DNA of 60,874 nucleotides, the filler included. It is 7 parts of 7 records of this genome, joined end to end, with 100 filler letters (N's around TTAATTAATTAA, not from the genome) between each part and the next. Parts side by side here need not be neighbours in the genome. Positions count along the whole stretch, not along the records: positions 49,307 to 60,874 come from SRR2962707_3625; 6 more parts are not named here. The stretch is one strand, 5' to 3'. Of this stretch, positions 56,101-60,874 are shown piece after piece. Under the pieces are notes generated by a model. That model saw only the letters and a program-made list of their open reading frames with translations. It searched no databases and was not told the DNA's origin. Each line of letters begins with the position of its first letter. Position 1 is the stretch's first letter. The translations under genes were made by a program, and so were the position numbers.

Positions 56101-58182
56101 CAAAGTGCAGCCACAGTACAGCCATTCATTCACGTGTCTAGCAAAAAAACCAACTGTTCGTACGCTAAGCTTGGCTCGGATTGTAGCAATTTTTTCCTTC
56201 ACCACTGCATGCTTCTCAATGGCGTCTTTGGACTTTGCTGATGCGACTGCATCGCGTTCTTGAAATTCAGCTGCAGCCTCTGGGGTGAATTGTTCACGAC
56301 TGCAGTCAGCACATTTAGGAACAGTATCATTTTGTAGTTATGGTGACATACGTTGTGCGACTCGATTTCAATCAACAAAGCAACAAAAGCGAAGATGCAT
56401 GCAATAACAGGGTTCCCATATGATGCATAGCATGCCCCAGTGATTAAAATCAAACCTTAACAGTACGGAACGCTCCATGCGAATATTGTTCAACTCAGAT
56501 TGACGTTCTTTCAACGTTGCAAACGCGGCGTGCTCCTGGATGTGCAAATCAGGACGCAAACAACAATTGCAGTCAGCCAACACTGCAACAAACGCCGACA
56601 GGGCACGGATCGAACGCGACCAACGGCGAAGCCTTTTGCAAGGATGTTCGACTGCCAACTGCAAACCTGTCGTATTAGCAGCGCAAGCCGGATGAAGAGA
56701 TTGTCTGTTTTGCGAGTTCTTGATTGCTGACGCATCTTGTAAGCCCTTTCCAAAGCTACCTCTTCTTCGTCAACGTGACGCTTGTAGCGCCGTAGCAAAG
56801 CTTCCTCCCTGTCCCGGTCAGTCTTCTTTTCAAAGCGCTTCACGATGTCCTGCCATCTTGCGTTTTCGTCTGCAACCGCCCACTATACGTGAGCAAAAGT
56901 CAAACAAACAGACAGACAGCAATACGAAAGTTTCCGTGATGCAGGTTCACCGTCACGACCCTTCTTCTTTGTTCAAGGTGCTCAAACGAATGACCGTTTC
57001 GCGTACCTTAAACCGCGCCTGTTGAGACTCAAAGATGCTGTTCAGTCCAGTTGTATCGACTGGTTGTTCCAGCAACTGCCCCGTGCGTGTATTTTTGTCC
57101 TGCAGACGCTGAAGTCGGGCCCTTGCTTTCATCAGAAGTGAAGCAATTCCGCCGACCAATGCCAGTTTTGGACTGTTGCCTTGCTCGCCTTGGTCATCAA
57201 CCCCACTTGCTTCAGCTTGGTTGTTTCTTTCGTCAAGCGTACTGAAACCCCTCTCATCGCTTTCTGCCGTCTGGGCTCGAATATAGGCGCGTCGTTGCTG
57301 TTGTACCACTTCATGATTTTTCTCAATGATTCCCTTCAGCTCGCGATGATGCTTCCGGGCGTATGTGCCAGCGGCTAGCCCTTTCCATTCATTCGGTTGG
57401 TTTCGCTTGGCAATCTCAGCCTCTTGGCGAGCCCATTTAGCTTGCATTTTAGCCAATCGCGAGTTTGGTTTGGGGGCATCGGGTATGTCGGACCAGCTAC
57501 CCCTCCCAACCACGTCGAGACTCGCGCTTTTTTTGTGGCTCCCACGCGCTGCTTGATGTTCCAATTCACTTGCCTCATCAGCAGGCGACAACAAGTCAAC
57601 GATCTTCGAAAGAGTCGCTCGTGCCTCCACAACACTCTGGGAGGTGGGCGGGACTCCACACTCAATTCCACGTAACACCTGCTCTTCCAGTTCACGCTGC
57701 AGAACTTGCAGCGAGTACGACCGGTCCTTCTTCCGCTTCTGGAGTTCCGCGCTCACAAATTCGCGAACTTTCACTATCTTGCGTTCCTCTGCCGAAAGCA
57801 CCGGGCCAGAGTGAATTGAATCTTCCAATCTACGCTGTGGTTCAATTGTGCAACCTGCTTGCTGTTGCGCTCCGCTCCCACCTGCCACGAGAGAAGAAGA
57901 GGAGGAGAAGGAGGTAGAAGCCGCAGCATGACCATCAACTGAGGTGGTTGAAGCAGTGTCGCTGCTGTTGCTGTTGCTGTTGCTGTTGCGGTTGTTGTTG
58001 CTGTTGCTGTGGGCGACTCCTCCCCATTGTCGATACGTCTTCGCTACTTGCTTGAGGTTGGACGTTGCCAATCCAAAGTGATTGCCAACTTTCTGCAGCT
58101 CTTCCAAAATCACCTCCCGAGGGAGGTTGGAGAACCTCTTCTGAAGGTTCAAAACCACCGCTTCTGGTGGGGCTTCCGCCAT
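53198..58182 (-). CDS. Multi-exon protein with N-terminal CUE/UBA-like motif, coiled coils and multiple C-terminal EF-hands
   Basis: LQKRFSNLPREVILEELQKVGNHFGLA. EF loops DLDGSGTIELEEF, DADEGGTISFDEM, DIDGNGELDFEEF, plus degenerate ones. A single gene versus two is not certain. Confidence 0.65.
57960..58009. repeat. Coding hexamer microsatellite (GCTGTT)n giving an N/S run
   Basis: Directly visible. Confidence 0.8.
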
Positions 58183-58851
58183 AGCTCCCTCCAGTCGAGT
58201 GTGCGCGTGTCGTGTGGGCGGGTGGGTTTGGGAAGGGGGATCCTGCTCACATTGTTGTCGATGCAGACACGTTGCCTTCAAGAAACGCAAGTGTCGCGAC
58301 TGGCCTCAACGAACTTTTCTACCGCCACCTGACCACTGACTCTTGGTTCAGGCTTCATCAGTTTGCTCATTCCTCGTGCGTCCGTCCACGCGCCACTCGA
58401 TGATGAGCCCTCAGCAAAGGAGCGACGAAAAATAAGCAAGAAAAACACAAAAACAAAGAGAGAGAAACTGAGTTGAGTGAGCGATAAGTGCGCGCGTGGA
58501 CTTCACGGCACTCACGTGTCCAGGCTTGGGCGTTTTCCCTCACTCATGTCTGCGCTCACTCACTCACTCTCTCTCACTTCACTCTCTCCACTCTCCACTC
58601 TCCCTCTCACTCACACTCCCATCACGAAAACGTCGTCGCAACCGCCATGCTTAGTGCAATTACTTTAAAATGTAAGAGTGTTACCTTTATATTTTACTTT
58701 ATTCAATACTTTAACGAATTGTAATAATACCAGCGGACTGAGGTGTACATCATGGATGGAGGGAAGCAAAGACGGCAGCAGCAGCATTGCGTCATTCTGC
58801 AATTTTTACGTCCGGTGTGCTTCTCCTCTGAAACACAGGTCGGTCAACGAG

Positions 58852-59946
58852 TCAGTCGTGCGTTGCGGGCGTCCAAGTTCGAACTGTCCACGACACCTTG
58901 CCACTGGGTAATCCACCTGCAATAGAAAATTCGCCTGTGGCACTGAGCTCTTTTGCAACGTGCAGGTTCGGACTTGGCCCACCAATAGCAGTCACGGTGT
59001 AAACAGCGGTACTTCGTGCAAACTCATCAAACAGGGATTGCTTTTGCCCATCGTGTTTTGTCCCTGCTTTGCCAGCATCCGGAAACTGAACACCGTGACA
59101 TTTTGCGAGTGAAACTGTTGTTGCGCCGGTCGATGGAAGAACCGTGTTGCCACTACAAACAATTTCGTGTCGATCTTGGTCTCCGAAATCGACTTCATCT
59201 ATCTCCCCACCCACAATGACGGATTTTCCACGCACAGTAACTTTGCCACCATGATTAGTTTGCCCGGCAAAGTAATTCTTGCTGGTGCTGCTCGATTGGT
59301 AGACCCCGTAAGTTGGGTTTCCGCGAATGTCCACAGACTTTTCTGGGTTTCCAAGATCTTGGAATGTTGATTGCTGAATTGCATCGTTTGCAAACACGAT
59401 GCCCCGATTCCAGATGCGATGGCCAGGACCTGACACTGCATAGGCAGCAGTTCCCCGGAAGGCCCCTGCACCGGTGACCGACAAGCCGTACGACACAGGC
59501 GCCGCGAGGCCAGCGCCAGCATCGGCATCACCGCGATGAGCATTGTTGTTGTTGAAGTCAAGCTCTATGCCTTGCGCATTGTAGTCTCCAGAACCAGCCG
59601 ATTGAGTCAACAGAGGATTGATTGCCCAGACGTCGCCAGTACCCGGTTCAGCGACAATGGAAGCGTAGAGGGTCACTTTATCGTGGTATGGGGTTGTTGG
59701 TGGAGAAGACGTATTTCCCTGATTGGAGACCAACCCAAAGTCCACAAGGAATTCGCGTTCGGAAGTCTCCGAAGTCGTTCCGTGCATGGACAGAGATGAT
59801 GCAGTTTCAAAAGAATTTCCCACCGGATTTACGATCAGAGTATTGGATGAGCAGGTCCAGTTTCCGACTGGGCACTGATCATTTTGCATGGACGCCCCAA
59901 CCTGCGACGCAGCTATCGCCGTTGCCAAAATATTGTGCAGGTGCAT
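58852..59946 (-). CDS. Probably secreted beta-rich protein with a bacterial/phage-like C-terminal domain; apparently intronless
   Basis: Signal-like MHLHNILATAIAASQVGA; C-terminus SGNTVL...G.TTVSL...YTVTAIGGPSPNLHVAKE...FSIAGG...KVSWTV. Confidence 0.7.
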   Translation of the reverse strand: MHLHNILATAIAASQVGASMQNDQCPVGNWTCSSNTLIVNPVGNSFETASSLSMHGTTSETSEREFLVDFGLVSNQGNTSSPPTTPYHDKVTLYASIVAEPGTGDVWAINPLLTQSAGSGDYNAQGIELDFNNNNAHRGDADAGAGLAAPVSYGLSVTGAGAFRGTAAYAVSGPGHRIWNRGIVFANDAIQQSTFQDLGNPEKSVDIRGNPTYGVYQSSSTSKNYFAGQTNHGGKVTVRGKSVIVGGEIDEVDFGDQDRHEIVCSGNTVLPSTGATTVSLAKCHGVQFPDAGKAGTKHDGQKQSLFDEFARSTAVYTVTAIGGPSPNLHVAKELSATGEFSIAGGLPSGKVSWTVRTWTPATHD

Positions 59947-60850
59947 TGGAACAAAGTGAAGCGGCGAGTTTTCCGACAACCACTTCCAAAGCACTTAGTC
60001 GCACCGTTCTACAAAGACCGTCATGCGTCATGCGATTGCAACTGACACTGTAAGCAACGATCAGAAAGGAAATTACCGGAAACTCCGAAGTATACCGTCT
60101 GAGTTGAGCACCTGCGCCCACAGCTACCCACACTTAGCGCGCTTTTGGGCAAGTCGCCAGCACAAGCATGCACACCCACTCGCAGCTCCACTACCATTTC
60201 GTAGTCAATGGCTAATTCCCTTGTACTCACAACTGGACAACAAGTCCAGAGTTATGTCCTTCGCCATGGGTCGTGATTCACGGCAAGACGAGTCCGTTCT
60301 CAGTGTCTCTGCCTCCATCTATCTCAGCATCTCTGTCTGTCTGTCTGTCTGTTGTCTATGTCTATGTCTACGTTTCTGTCCCTCCATCTACGTGTCTCGC
60401 TCTCCCTCTCTCTCTCTGGCTCTCTCTCGCGCGCGCGCGCGCATGCGTGCGTGCGGGTGTGAGTAGGTGGCTGGCGGGAGTTGAAGTTTGCGAGTTTGTG
60501 ACTCGTCCTGTGACGAGACCGACGTCGCGCTGCCCCGCAACTTTCGCTTGTGTGACTCGGCTTTTTTTTGGCATGCCTCGTTTGGGCAACTCGCAGTTTG
60601 AGTTGTACAGGCTGATCGATACCCTTCGGAAGTCGAATGACACCATACAGGCTGATGATGGTGATGTCAAGCCTCACACAGACACAAGATTCAAGATTCT
60701 GTGCAGCGCGTACAGCTCGCAAATAGGTGACTATCATAAACCACCGTTATGGTCATTATAACATTTTAAACAGTGGTATAAAGTGTGTCTTTATAGTCAC
60801 TACCACGGAGGTCATTATGTTGTATGTTGCGAAGAATCTTTTGTTGCGCC

Positions 60851-60874
60851 CTCACTCACTCACTCACTCACTCA
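60851..60874. repeat. (CTCA)n microsatellite
   Basis: Directly visible. Related ACTC/GAGT runs occur at ~16860-16925, 35275-35303 and 58555-58615. Confidence 0.85.

Noticed and set aside
1-60874. tRNA, rRNA or CRISPR arrays
   Set aside because: None recognised by eye; a covariance-model scan would be needed to exclude small ncRNAs.

Overview
This window is not one contiguous locus. It is seven assembly pieces joined by six identical artificial 100-bp spacers (44 N + TTAATTAATTAA + 44 N) at 7118-7217, 16942-17041, 29601-29700, 35175-35274, 43376-43475 and 49207-49306. Piece 1 (1-7117) is clearly bacterial and looks alphaproteobacterial: high GC, RBSs, operons, a terminator and REP-like palindromes. 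It holds an 11-gene stress/detoxification cluster (NemR-like TetR, 2 SRPBCC, VOC/PhnB, 2 GST, RibD-C/DHFR-like, MarR, DUF899, cbpA-cbpM) with two readable operators. Pieces 2-7 are eukaryotic, gene-dense, carry short spliceosomal introns (~80-130 nt) and mostly end in microsatellites; a protist, possibly a stramenopile, is my inference. I rebuilt the spliced genes by hand. They include: a ~3,000-aa EGF + double clan-GH-A glycoside hydrolase membrane protein; a ~2,750-aa parallel beta-helix protein; a cytosolic protein fusing a RelA/SpoT-like nucleotidyltransferase domain to ~11 plant-type LRRs (the best candidate for an undescribed system); a DTW-domain protein; a G/F/D-repeat protein; a TPR + DUF4116 protein; an NCKX exchanger; a SAM methyltransferase; an internally duplicated protein with transposase-like winged-HTH modules but no DDE; a CUE + EF-hand protein; and an apparently intronless gene with a bacterial/phage-like C-terminal domain. 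All family calls come from recalled motifs, not database searches, and exon boundaries are manual.
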